From Centroscyllium fabricii (taxonomy: Eukaryota), in assembly GCA_051313645.2 (NCBI GenBank), contig JBNRSN020000010.1, positions 76,570,001 to 76,634,000 of the forward strand: 64,000 nt of DNA, in the 5' to 3' direction. A model generated the notes under the pieces. The model was not told the DNA's origin. It saw only the letters and a list, made by a program, of their open reading frames with translations, and made no database searches. Shown one piece after another: positions 50,435-63,462 of this stretch. Within the stretch, counting starts at the first letter, position 1, and every line of letters begins with the position of its first letter. Position numbers and translations under genes: made by a program.

Positions 50435-53330
50435 GTGGTGGGGCGGTGTTACAGAGGTGAAAGGTCTTGGTGATGGAGCGGATATGTGGTCGGGAGCTCA
50501 TCTCGGTGTCAAATATGACACCAAGGTTGTGAATGGTCCCCTTGAACCTAAAGCTTAATTTAACATAAAATATGAGCCTCGATGTGGCAGCTGCCTGAAG
50601 GCAGATCTGGGGCAGGGTGGAACTTCCACCTGCTCCATGGATACACCCTCAACCTTTTCCAAATGAGCATACTTTGGGCAGGTACCTGTGTCATTTCTGG
50701 TGCAATAGGGGCAAGAGGGGAGCGATATGATTGCAGTACGTTGCCACAACTCTCATTTCAATGTTGTTGCTGCCGTAATGGCAGTCAGTCACTCTGTCAG
50801 CGAATGACACAAGGGAATCAGCCTTTGAAATCACAGCAGGCCGCACTTCCGCCAAGCTCAGGCCCTGGCACACTAGCACGCCGGCTTCATGTATTGGGAG
50901 AACAATGGCAGAAGTGGCAGATCTCCTGCAGATGACATTGTCCCATTAGTCCTGCCTATTTCTGTGACATCCACACAGAAATGGGCTGGACACAAAATGA
51001 GGCCATCCCCATTTGCCGCAGAATTTGGCAAGTTCAAAAAGAATGGTGTATGGGCTCAGTGTAACCAGGCCCTGCCCTGAATTACACTACAGGGGTGTAC
51101 TGCCCAGATAAACCACTTTGGCCCAGGAATTTCCACCATCATTATGTCTTTAATATCACATACAAGGATGTGAAGAAGTGTATTAATCATTCCACAGTCT
51201 TACCTCAGCAATCATGAGGAAAGAGTTCTTCATCCTACTTTTTAAATAACTACTGGATGGCAGGAAAAAAGACTATTCTATAAGGCTGTAGCGATTACAA
51301 GAGCTGATTTCAGTAGCATTAGAATGCAATCAGTCAGAGGTTGGATTAATATTTTGCATGATTATCTCCGGGAGTATAGGGAAATATTTCACAAAACGTT
51401 TGGCATTCAGGCAAATTCTACATGGTCGGTGGAGGGAACAGGCTTGCTGGATTGAATGGACTTTGCTCATCTCACACTTTATGCTCCTGGGCTCTGAAGG
51501 AAATAAAGGCATGTGGTCAAGCTGAATTTTGTCGACCGCAGACCCTAACTAGACAGGTCTTTTTTCATAAAATGGAAGTTACTTTGGTAATTGACCTATA
51601 CATGTGAGAAAATTAACAAGGAAGAAGATCATTCACTTTGTAAAGAAGTGCAAATGAAGTTATCTTCTAATTACCAAATAATCCCCAGACCGAGGTCTAC
51701 AGAGAATGGGTTATTACATTATTTATTACTGTGTATTATATTAACAAGTAGGATTCTGAATTTTATCTACAAAGTATTATTAATTTTCTGATTTTTGTTA
51801 ATGTAACTGTTCAGCAAATTGTTTCTTTTTTTTAACTAAACAGGAAAAATGGAATTCATATTTTGGATTTCTTCTCATAACCTTATGCTACCTAGGTCAA
51901 GATAACTAAAGAGAGACCACATGAGGGTGCTAGGGCATGGGAAAAGGAAGTTGTATGGTGTAGGACAAAAAAAATCTCTTAAAGGGATAGACAACCCTCA
52001 TGGTTTCTCCATTGGATTATCTGGCAGGTGTCGGGAAAGATTACACCAAACTATCAACTGGGACACAACCTATTCTCTTCATCATCTAATAAACCTCAAT
52101 CAGATCACCAGTAAGTCTACCCTTCTCTAAAGGGTAGAGTCCCAACTCTTTTAGTCTATGTTAATAACTCCTTAGTTTAGCAGCCTTTCCAAACTACAAG
52201 GGTACACTGGAAAATTGCAGTGGGATTTTCTGATAGCAAGTTAATAGAGCCATTGGATAATCTGGATGCAGCAAATCCAGGAAAATCAGGGGTCAGGAGC
52301 ACCCATCCCAAATGGAGTTGCCCACATTTCCATTCATTAATTTACAGGGATGGAAATTGGGAAGGCGCCCTTGCAGCTGGCCGCTCCTTCCTACTCAATA
52401 TTCCTGTGTCCAGGTGATCCAAAAGCCCCAGGTGCAGAAACAGGAAAATCTGGCCAGGAGCTGATACTTCTAGTAGCTTAACTGGTCATAAGTGTTCCCA
52501 TTATTATTTACATGCTAATTCAGTTGAACTGCATTCGTTATGATCTATTCAATGGAAGATTTAACAAAGGATATTGATTCTTTTTATTCAAACTGGAACA
52601 TTTATATTTCTGTATAGGGCGAAATCAAATCATGTTGCATCCTTGCCTGCCCAAGAAAGTCAAATTCTGCTTACCATACAAATACATTTTACTGTTTAAA
52701 ATATCAAAGTTCACCAGCATGCTCTTAGTAAGCCTTTCATTCTGTGACAGGACCTAATAGGCATAGTATTCAGCTTATAGGCTAGATTCCAGTTACCAGC
52801 TACAAGATTTCACAAACCGGTTAAACAACTAGTTTTGGAGGATAGTTTGCTTAAGTAGAAGTGACGATCTAATGTGGGCTTCATTCCAGATAAATAAGGT
52901 TTGGCATGAAGATTTCTCATGGCAAGAATGCTAAAAATAGGAGTAGGTTAGGTGTGGTATTGAATCAGTGAAGCAGAAAACAGGGTGGTATGAGTAAAGG
53001 GGAAATAAGTTCAATAAAACTTGAGCATAGATGTAGGAGAGTGTTAACCCTACATATGGAGGCACCACACAGAATTGTGTGTGTTTTTTAAAGGTAACTG
53101 CAGAGGAATCACTACTCATATTGTCAGGATCAATTAGTGAATGCATTAAACATAAGCATGTGCAAACTTTCAGGAATATATATTTGGAAGTTCGTGTTTC
53201 TGTTTTTGGCTCGCATTTTAAAGTGCCTATTTCTCATTTGTGAGATAGTAGAAACATTTTTTAAATCTCTGCATGTTAAATGAACCACTCTTCTTACTAA
53301 TGTAAACATTCTGATGAGTATCCAAAGATA

Positions 53331-53355
53331 TGACCTCTATGTGACCCCTTAACCT
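53331..53355 (-). promoter_or_regulatory. Consensus DR5 RARE with an adjacent DR2 half-site
   Basis: The minus strand reads AGGTTA-ag-GGGTCA-catag-AGGTCA. Confidence 0.55.
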
Positions 53356-54526
53356 TGCCTGTAATTATTTGTTTGAAGACAGTATGAAGTTCCCATGCTG
53401 AGAGGGACTATAATGGTTTGCAGCTCTGTGTGCAAGTGTGTACGAGGGGAGCAAGAGAGACTTTATAATAAGGAGACTACCAGATGTAAATAATAAAAAT
53501 GGTTGGGGGTAAAAAGAAAAACCTAGTAATTTAGTCCAGCCCATTACTTGGAGAACGCCAGGGAGAAGTGAATGGGGGAAGGGAAAGAGGAGGGTGCATT
53601 ACCCTGTGATGTGATACAGGAGCACATGCAGTCTCCTTCTCATCTCTGGAGTTTTTTTGTGTCATGTGCACACACCATTAGCGGCTCTTGGGAGGAGAGA
53701 AAACAGCCTTATCTGCCTGGTCTGATAATCTCAATTGGCCGTATTCTGATTGATAAAAGGGAGTGTAGCTACAGAGCTTTGAATCAACTCCCAAAGGGAC
53801 ACAACACATTAGCCTGCCAGTGAGTCTAGTAAGGAGAAGGTTACTATGCTCAAAATGAGCAAGCATGGACACCAAAAGATCTGAAGTGTAATTTACCCTA
53901 CACCTGTAAACCTTTGAGTTCTGATAGCACATCTTTTTTCCACTTGACATCTGAAAAAGTAACCCACAAATTTTAAATGTCACATTATAAAGTATCATTT
54001 TAAAAATGGAAGAGAACGACAGGACAGTTCTTTAGATGCAACAGTCCTATTGCATTTGACACCAGGCTTCAAATAGTTACATTTGGATGTGCTTTCCTTT
54101 TGCTGGTTTCAAATCAAAATGTTAAATATAAACAGTGCAAATTAATGTATTACAATGTTAGATCAGAGTGCAAATGCACACCTCCTAATTAAACTCAGTA
54201 TGCAGGAAAGGCGGGGTGGTAGCATTATATTGATAACAGGTTAGAGCAGCCTGGGCAGTTACCATTACTGCAGAGAGACGGTGTTAGCCGAGTAACATCA
54301 AAGGTAGCTCCGATAATGCTATCCTGTAACCTGTTAGACAAGCAATATCTGGTGCTACCGAGTGTTAGTGGGACAGATTTAATCCCCATTTCTCTCAGCC
54401 ATACTGCCAGAACTGACATCAGCAATGATCAAGGAGCAAGTGACACACCCTTCCCTCTTGAGCACAGTAGGCACATAGTTTGAGGTTACTTGCAAAGAGA
54501 AAAATTGGGAGGGGGTTCTGGGATAA

Positions 54527-57500
54527 TGTAGCGTAGCCACTCAAGAGAGACATCCAGTCTCTCTAGGACACAGAATCCACATTTCCCGAGTGGGCCCGCC
54601 CCCGTTTCCCCAATAGATAAGTTAGATCAACGGTTACGGTCCCTGACTGGTCCGGAGGGCTGTCACTCAAGAGCCCCATGATGCTTTGTGTTTTCGCGCC
54701 ATTTTCCAGCAGTTCTGTGTGGATGAAGTTGAATAAAGACTTGTTTGAATTTGCTCCGCTGTTTTCCTCCGTTTCTTAATATTTAAAGAGTGGGAAACTA
54801 CTGTTCCCCACAATTGGTGACCCCAAATGTCAGACATAGAAAACGCTGACCCGAACACGCCTGCCGTGGCCGACCAGAACGAACGGCCATCGACTACCAG
54901 TCTCCCTGCCTTTTAGGAACACCAAGCAGCCGCTTGGTTCATTCAAACGGAGGCACAATTTTGATTACGACGCATCACTCACGATGAGGACCGCTATCTC
55001 CTCGTTGTTGCAGCCCTGCCGAGCCACGTTGCCGTCGACCTGCTCCGGGACCCGCCGCCAGCCAACAGGTACGCTGCCGTTAAGAAGCGACTGTTTCAGG
55101 CCCACAACCTACCGGAGGCCGTGCGGGCCCGGCAACTTCTCGAACTCCTGGTTCTCGGTGATTCCACGCCCACACGCTTAATGAACCGTATGCTCGCCCT
55201 GCTTGGCGACCACAAGGACTGCCCTTTGTTCAGGGCACTCTTTATCAACCTGCTTCCGCAGCCGGTGCAATCCGCGTTAGCGAACATTAAAGGTGGGGAC
55301 TATGCCGATTTGGTCGCCGCTGCAGACCACGTCTGCCTGTGTACGCCCTCCACGTGCGCCACCACGAGGCCCCCAGCGCCCATGCCGCAACCAACGCCTC
55401 GACCGCAGCTGGAGTTTTGCTATTATCATGCACGCTTCGGCCCGAAGGCCCACCGCTGCCGACCACCTTGTTCCTTCGACGGCAAGGTGGCCCAACCCAA
55501 ACCCAATGCTCCGAGCCAGCCTTGCTGCCAAGGATCAGCTGCTGCTAACGCCATGGGCACAGCAGGTCAGTTGCTATATATTACAGACTCTCTGTCCGGG
55601 CAACAATTCCTCTGCGACACAGGGGCCCAGCTCAGCATCTTACCGGCTACGCGCTCCGATCGACGGTCCAGCCGCAGCAGCCCACTCCTCGTGGCAGTGA
55701 ATGGCGCAGCAATAGCCATGTTCGGTAAGAGGTGAGCGGAAATCCGACTGGATGACTAACGATTTGCCTGGGATTTTGTCACGGCCAATATAGCACATCC
55801 ATTGCTGGTCGCGGATTTCCTGTGTGCCCACGGCCTGCTCGTGGACGTCCGGGGCAGACATCTGATGGATGCATCTACTTTCGCATCGTTCCCCTGCCAA
55901 CGAAGTGATGGCCAACCCCTCGTAAGCTTCTGCTCTCCTCCTCCGGGCGATAAGTACGCGCACCTGCTGGCCGAGTTCCCAACCATCATGCAGCCGACCT
56001 TCTCCGATGGGTCAGCCAAACACGGCGTCCAACATCATATCGCCACTACTGGTCCACCGGTCTTCGCCCGAGCCAGACGCCTCGACCCTACAAAGATGGC
56101 GGTGGCCAAGCAGGAATTCTCGGCCATGGAGAAGTTAGGGAATCATTCGACCTTCCAACAGCCCGTGGTTGTCCCCACTCCACATTGTCCCCAAGCCAGG
56201 AGGCGGTTGGCGACCGTGTGGTGACTACCGGTGCCTTAACGATGCCACCACGCCGGACAGGTAACCAGTGCCACATATTCAAGACTTTTCGGCCCATTTG
56301 GTGGGCACTACCATTTTTTCGAAAGTCGACCTCATCCGGGGTTATCACCAGGTCCCGGTCCATCCGGATGACATCCAAAAGACAGCCGTTATTACACCAT
56401 TCGGACTTTTTGAATTCCTGCGCATGCCCTTTGGGTTAAAGAACGCGGCACAGGTTTTCCAACGGTTGATGGACTCTGTCCTTCGGGACTTGGACTTTTT
56501 GTTTGTATATCTTGATGATATTTTAGTTTCTAGTGCTAACGAATCTCAACATGTAATGCACCTGCGCTCACTTTTTCAGAGATTGGCCCATCATGGCCTG
56601 ATTGTTAACCCAGTTAAATGCCAATTCAGCCGCCCTGAAAATGATTTTGTAGGGCATCACATCTCCCCCGGCGGGAGCTATCCCTTTGCGCTCCAAGGTG
56701 CAGGCGGTCGCGGACTTTCCCCAACCTAACTCGGTTAAGTCACTCCAGGAATTCCTTGGAATGGTTCATTTTTACAACCGATTCATTCCCAAGGTGGCCT
56801 CCATCATGCGCCCCCTGTACGAAGCTACCAGGGGCAAGACCGGCAAGGATAGTCTTCAGTGGTCGGCCGATATGGTTGAGGCTTTTCGCCTCGCTAAGTC
56901 GGCTTTGGCTGAAGCCACCCTTTTGACCCACCCCATTCCGGAAGCTCCACTGTCGCTCACGACCGATGCCTCGGATCATGCCATTGGCGCCGTTCAGCAG
57001 CAGTGGGTGGATGGTGCCTGGCAGCCCCTCGCCTTTTTTTAGCCGCCAGCTGCGGAAAAGTGAGCTCTCGTATAGCACGTTCGATCGAGAACTGCTAGCT
57101 CTTTTTCTCGCAGTGCGGCATTTTCGTTTTCTTTTAGAGGGCCGTCCTTTTACGGCCTACATGGACCATAAACCCCTCATTTTTGCCCTGTCCAAAGTCA
57201 CAGAGCCTTGGTCAGGTCGCCAACAGCGCCACCTGAATTTCATTTCTGAGTTTACAACGGATATTCGCCACGTGTCCAGTAAAGATAATGTCGTTGCAGA
57301 CTGCCTGTCCCGTCCTTCTCTCAATGCAGTCCACGTTGGTGTTGATTATGCTGAAATGGCATGCACCCAGCGAGCGGACACTGAGCTGCAGGCTCTTCGT
57401 GCTGCGTCCACCAGCCTGACCCTAGCATACGTCCATTTTAACGACGCCGGCATGACCCTTTTGTGTGACGTGTCCGTCTCCACCCCAGGCCATTGGTGCC

Positions 57501-58350
57501 TACCTCTTGGCGCAGGCGCATTTTCGAGTTGGTCCATGGCCTCTCACACCCGGGAATGCGGGCTTCTCAGAAGCTTATGTCCGCCAAATTCGTTTGGCCA
57601 GGCCTGCATAAAGATGTGTGGAACTGGACCAACACCCGCCAGGACTGTCAGCATACCAAAGCTCCCTTGCAAATTTTTCCGATGCCCGAGCGGCGCTTTC
57701 ATCATGTCCATGTTGACCTGGTGGGCCCATTGCCCCCATCGCAGGGTTTCACCCATCTCCTTACTGTCGTAGACCGCACCACTAGGTGGCCAGAGGGCGT
57801 ACCTCTTTCTTCCACCACTGCAGCCGACGTCGCACGTGCCTTCATTTTTTCTTGGGTGGCCCGTTTTGGGGTACCGTCAGACATCACTTCCGACAGGGGC
57901 CTGCAGTTTACCTCTCAACACAAGTGCACCGCATAACTGCGTACCATCCGCAGGCTAATGGCATTTGCGAACGCTTCCACCGCGCCCTTAAGGCTTCACT
58001 CTAAACTAGCCTGGTTGACGCCAATTGTTTGGACAGGCAACCTTGGGTTTTGCTGGGATTGCGATCTGTGCCCAAGGACAACCTCGGCGTTTCATCCGCC
58101 AAACTCATTTTTGGACAGCCTTTGGGTGTTCCAGGAGAATTCTTTCCCTCCACCACTGACCCTTGCTCGGCCGGCGAGCAACTCGCCCAGCTTAACGACG
58201 CAGCGCACGTTTCCTCCCTGTACCCACCTCTCGGCATGGTGCCCGGTCGTCCCACATGCCTACTGAGCTCCGTCGGGCTAAATTTGTCTTTATGCGTCGT
58301 GATGCCCACAGAACCCCCTTGCAGGCGCCTTACACTGGCCCTTTCAGGGT
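54527..58350 (+). mobile_element. Ty3/Gypsy LTR retrotransposon, CsRn1 clade, degenerate and 3'-truncated
   Basis: 5' LTR TG...CA at about 54527-54812, with AATAAA at 54732. PBS TGGTGACCCC at 54815 (tRNA-Trp). Gag starts at 54827 and has CYYH-x9-C-x3-C. Pol motifs: PR LCDTGA, RT YLDD, RH TDAS, IN HVDLVGPLP/ITSDRG/ERFHR. Multiple stops and frameshifts. Confidence 0.95.
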
Positions 58351-58592
58351 GGGCAAGAACATAGGAAATGGAATATAATGTGGAGAAATGTGAAGTTATC
58401 CACTTTGGTAGAAAAAATAGAAAAGCAGAGTATTTTTTAAATGGTGAGAGATTGGGAAATGTTGTTGTTCAGAGGGGCCTAGGTGTCCTTGTACACAAAT
58501 CACTGAGGTTAACATGCGGGTACAGCAAGCAATTAGGAATGCAAATGGTATGTTGGCCTTTATTACAAGAGGATTTGAGGATAAGAGTAAAG

Positions 58593-58805
58593 GGGCTAGA
58601 AATTGGCTGTCCTGCGCCTGCCCGTTAGCGCCCAGAACTTTGGCTGCAGCGCACTAAGAACGAGGGCGGGCATGTGTTTTAGCGCCCGCCCTCCTTCTAT
58701 GGGCGCTAGAGGTAAATTTTGGAGCTAACGGCACCAGCGATCAGCTGGCGCTAAAAACAGCGCTGGTCCGAGCTTAGCGCTACAAAACGTGCCAATTTCT
58801 CCCCC
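58593..58805. mobile_element. Short Harbinger MITE (family C-related) inserted in CR1
   Basis: AAG|GGGCTAGAAATTGG ... CCAATTTCTCCCCC|ATG. Confidence 0.8.
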
Positions 58806-59103
58806 ATGACGTCTTACTGCAATTATATAGGGCCCTGGTGAGACACATCTGGAGTATTGTGCACAGTTTTGGTCTCCTTACCTAAGGAAGGATATACTTG
58901 CCATAGAAGGAGTGCAACGAAGGTTCACCGGACTGATTCCTGGGATGGGGGGATTGTCCTATGAGGAGAGATTGAGTAGACTAGCACTATATTCTCCAGA
59001 GTTTAGAAGATTGAGAGGTGATCTCATTGAAACATACAAAATTCTTACAGGGCTTGACAGGGTAAATGCAGGGAGGATGTTTCCCCTGGCTGGGGAGTCT
59101 AGA

Positions 59104-60339
59104 TACATAGAAGGTAGGAGCAGGAGTAGGCCATTTGGCCCCTCGAGCCGGTTCCACCATTTAATGAGATCATAGCTGATCATCCAAATTCAGTACCCTT
59201 TATCTGCTTTCTCCCCATATCCCTTGATCCCTTTAGTCTTAAGAAATATATATAACGCTTTCTTGAATATATTTAATGAATTGGCCTCAGCTGCCTTCTG
59301 TGGTAGAGAATTCCACAGGTTCACCACTCTCTGGGTGAAGAAATTCTTCCTCATTTCTGCCCTAAATGGCTTATCCCTTATCCTTAGACTATGACCCTGG
59401 TTCTGGACTCCCCTGCCATCGGGAACATCCTTCCTGCATCTAGTCTGTCTAGTCCTGTTAGAATTTTATAAGTTTCAATGAGATCCCCTTTCATTCTTCT
59501 AAACCCTAGTGAATATAAGCCTACAGGGTACTGGTGAGGCCACACCTGGAGTACTGCGTACAGTTTTGGTTTCCATATTTAAGAAAAGATATACTTGCTC
59601 TCGAGGCTGTTCAGAGAAGGTTCACTCGGTTGATTCCGGAGATGAGGGGGTTGACTTATGAGGAAAGGTTGAGTAGGTTGGGCCTCTACTCATTGGAATT
59701 CAGAAGAATGAGAGGCGATCTTATCGAAACATATAAGATTGTGAGGGGGCTTGATCGGGTGGATGCGATGAGGATGTTTCCATTTGATGGGTGAGACTAG
59801 AACTAGGGGACATAATCTTAGAATAAGGGGCTGCCCTTTCAAAACTGAGATTAGGAGAAACTTCTTCACTCAGAGGGTAGTAAATCTATGCAATTTGCTA
59901 CCTCAGAGAGCTGTTGAAGCTGCAACATGAATTAAATTTAAAACAGAGATAGACAGTTTCCTAGCTGATAAGGGAATAAGGGGTTACGGGAAACGGGCAG
60001 GGAAGTGGACGTGAGTCTAAGTTCGGATCAGCCATGATCCTATTGAATGGCGGAGCAGTCCCGAGGGGCCGTATGGCCTACTCCTGATCCTACGTGTTAT
60101 GTTCTTATGTTCTAATCGACCCAATCTCTCCTCATACATCATTCCTACCATCCCAGGTATCAGTCTGGTGAATCTTCGCTGCACTCTCTCCATGGCAAGA
60201 ACATCCTTCCTCAGATAAGGTGATCAAAACTGCACACACTATTCAAGATGTGGTCTCACCAAGGCTCTGTACAACTGCAGCAATATAACCTTGTTCCTGT
60301 ACTCGAATCCTCTCACTATGAAGGCCAACATGCCTTCTT
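59104..60339 (-). mobile_element. Middle CR1 (same subfamily as the 10850 copy), itself interrupted
   Basis: The reverse tail is at 59104. It breaks at aatataagccta (~59523) and resumes at ctaatcgacc (~60112). Confidence 0.88.
59523..60111 (+). mobile_element. Inner CR1 3' fragment (related to the 39031 copy)
   Basis: RPHLEYCVQFWFPYLRKDILALEAVQRRF, ending ttatgttcttatgtt. Confidence 0.9.
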
Positions 60340-62374
60340 AACTAGAACCAGGGGTCACAGTCTCAGAATAAGGGGTCGGCCATTTAGGACTGAGATGGAG
60401 AAACTTCTTCACTCAGAGGGTGGTGAATCTTTGGAATTCTCTACCCCAGAGGGCTGTGGAGGATCAGTCGTTGATTATATTCAAGACAGAGATCGATAGA
60501 TTTTTGAATATTAAGGGAATCAAGGGATATGGGATAGTGCAGGAAAGTGGAGATAAGGTAGAAGATCAGACATGATCTTATTGAATCGCGGAGCAGGCTC
60601 GAAGGGCCAAACGGCCTACTCCTCCTCTTATTATGTTCTTATGTATATATCCAATTCCCCTTTGAAAGTCACTATTAAATCTGCTTCCACCACCCTTTCA
60701 GGCAGTGCATTCCGGGTCATTCCAGATAAATGTCTTTTATGTAATGTTGTGACGTAGATTATTCCCCATTTTGTTAGGTCCACGTGGTCTTTTAAACCCC
60801 CTGCATCTGAGAGGATGTGTGTGTTACTTACTCCTGCATTACTATCATTGCTCCCTGTAGCCAGCCAGCTTTAGATGCTTCAACTGGACAAACAGGACGC
60901 TCCCTTCTGAATTCACTCCCCCAACAGGGAGACACTGCAGCTTCTGCTTAGTGTGGCTTAGTTCAGGAAGTGAGAATTGAACCCACAATTGATCTTTTAC
61001 ATGACACTAAACATTGGTGTCTGCCTGTATTTCCCCTTTTAGTTTGGTACTGTTTGCCACCTGAGCGACACTTCCTCCATTAGCCAAGAGCTCCGAACAC
61101 TGAAATTCAGAATTCTCCACTGAGGCCGTGAATGCTGCTCTGTGATTTGTCAATGGGAGACACAATATAGTGGGTGGGACTTGTCCTGCCAATTTTTCTT
61201 CCCACATGGGTGAAAATACCCTGCTTTTGCAAAGTACCCCATCTACTGGCCTGCTTGAGAACTGACAACCACTTAAATATCATTTAAACACAGGATTCAG
61301 ACTTGGGACCTCTGGTTAGAAGTCCAGTCATACTGCTAGAGTGACACAACTCCTATTGAAAAAAAGCATGACCTTCATCTAAGAGCTTTTATTTGAAAAT
61401 TGCAGTTTCAAAACTACCCACAAAACCTCCACTAAAAACTGCAGTGGGTGTGCATTATAACCGTTCTGTTTAATTGCACATGATCTTGATTCAGATTTGA
61501 CTTCAAAGTCTACTGATTGAAATCAAAAATATATCTGCAGACACGCATGTCACACGCATAACTTAATATCACTTTGTGCCTTGCTACAATTCATTATGGT
61601 GGCAAGTGTGAACGCGGGATAAATTGGATTCAGTTTGGATCTGGTAATCGTAACTGAACTGGCTCTTATTTGGAACAGGGTCACTTTGTGTATTCTGACT
61701 GCGGAACAGACGTTTGTTTACTGACAATTTGATTTAATGATATCTGCACTGCTTGTTATAAAGATGCCTCAACATTTCCCTGAAGATCATCTCTTTCTTC
61801 GGTTGCTTAGCTAGTTTTAATGCCTGAAGCAGCATTTCAACTGAAGCTTAGGCAAGACAAGTAATTGTGTTGGGTGACATTTTTTTTGACAACAAAGATA
61901 GAATGCAAATCTTTAGAGGATTCCCCTTCAATAATCTGTATACAGATAGAAAATAATTCATAATGCACTTGCTAAAACATTGGCAAAAATTATTACAATC
62001 CTGTTAGAAGGTAAATTCAGAAATAAGAATGCTTACTTTAGAATAATAAGCTATTTGACTATGGCTATTTCGCATCAGAAATCTGTTATGGGATAGTGGG
62101 GGGTTTTTTGGGCTCCTGGTTCACTCTCCTCTCTTTCTCCCCATCCCCCAATTTCACAGCCAGGAGACATTTGTGACATGCCATTCGCATGAGTTGTATT
62201 TCTTGCACTGAGTTGGATATAAAAGACAGTGGAGTAGTTTGGCTCCATTTCAAATGCAAACATTTGGCCTCCACATAGAGATTGCTAACATTTTAGATAG
62301 TAAGAAATATGAGGGGTTTTTCATGGCGGGGTGGGGGCCGGGGGCAGGGGGGGTGGTGCGCAGGGACTGGGCTG

Positions 62375-63070
62375 GGAGGCAGGGCAGATAAATTAAAGCC
62401 AGGCCTGTGATGATTAATTTCACATATCTTTTATGAAGCGATTTTATCTGGCTGTTTGGGAAGAACAGGAAAGTGGTAATTTTCTGGTAACAGGGAAGGA
62501 CCGTCAAGCTGTATCATAATTTGTCAAATCAAAAGTGAAATCCAAGGTTGCCACAATTTTTTTTTACAACTGCTGCACTTTGGTGGTGTTCTTCTGGAAG
62601 TACAATAATTGGAGAACTTTTTTTATGTAAGAAGTTTGCACTTAAGTTTTCCAGAAAAGTACTAATTTTAAAGACCTTAATGGACTGGTGCCCCCACCAC
62701 CATTTTTGATCCCTCTCCGTCCCTTTGATTCCCAAAATGACAAAAGATACAAGTGCCTGAGTGCAAACATATCTTTCATCTCAAAATAAGAAGTGTCTGT
62801 TTCGACCTGTAGAAAGAAGTCGTCTATTTTCAAATGTCTTTTAGTACCCACATTCCTGATGGGCATTTGCCTTTTTTTTCTGCCCTGGGTGTGGAAATCT
62901 TGGTTGAAAAGGTCACTGTTGCCAGTCGCTAACCTCTAAATGACCCCTTGACTTTACAGTCTAAAACTGCAGGAGCTGCGAATGAGCAGGAGCCTTTCTG
63001 TACCAGCACTTATTTGCTGCTGTGGTGATAAAACTTCAGACAGCCTAATTGATGGGCTTGCTGACATAAC
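62375..63070. promoter_or_regulatory. Putative conserved non-coding elements upstream of the second exon
   Basis: GATAAATTAAAG and TGATGATTAATT motifs, a DR5+DR2-like element at 62930-62954, and CTAATTGATGG near 63045. No recognisable TEs. Confidence 0.45.
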
Positions 63071-63403
63071 AATACCTTGTGAAAGCAGAGAGTGGCAAAG
63101 CCTGGTCTTCATTTATGGACAGCTGGAAGGGGAGTTGCACCCCCTCTGAGGAGAAAGCAACCTATTTGAGGCAATGAACTTTTACCATGTTTGTGCCTCT
63201 TGCACAGGCAGACATTCCATCTTAAACACTAAAATTTTAAATGGTTGACGTCAGAGGCCTTTAAATCAACAGATGACAAATGTGCTCATATGTACGGGTG
63301 TCTTTTCTGTGCCTTCAACGAATTAAAATGATGCAAAAGTATAAGTTCTAAAATCATGTTTTAACTAAGAAATTAAAATCTACCCTTTTCTCGTTTGTTT
63401 CAG

Positions 63404-63462
63404 GTTTATTAATGCCAGGAGAAGAATAGTACAACCCATGATCGACCAGTCAAATCGAGCAG
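63404..63462 (+). CDS. MEIS1/MEIS2: MEIS homeodomain coding exon (equivalent to mammalian exon 9), (W)FINARRRIVQPMIDQSNRA; GC donor
   Basis: The acceptor is cccttttctcgtttgtttcag and the exon is 59 nt. The TG|G join with the upstream exon restores W of WFINARRR. The donor is CAG|GCAAGT. SNRA rather than SNRT favours MEIS1/2 over MEIS3. Confidence 0.97.

Larger units (their letters stand above)
46965..50540 (-). mobile_element. L2 LINE 3' fragment interrupted by the hAT transposon
   Basis: L2 RT-like sequence (AETLICAFVTYRLDYSNALLA) at 46965-47590 resumes at 50443-50540. Confidence 0.85.
58351..60643 (+). mobile_element. Outer CR1 of a nested complex (pieces ~58351-58592, 58809-59103, 60340-60643)
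   Basis: MEYNVEKCEVIHFG...RRFTGLIPGM. It breaks at gagtctaga and resumes at ctagaaccagggg. Confidence 0.88.
17912..63403 (+). other. MEIS1/MEIS2: Phase-2 GT-AG intron splitting homeodomain helix 3 (45,492 bp)
   Basis: Runs GTGAGT...TTTCAG between the two exons, with the reading frame joined correctly. Confidence 0.92.

Noticed and set aside
50540-52460. Additional degraded MITE and CR1 fragments (also 34270-34480 and 35425-35600)
   Set aside because: Probably repeats, but boundaries and TSDs could not be established.
60640-61400. 3' LTR of the Gypsy element
   Set aside because: No similarity to 54527-54812 was seen.
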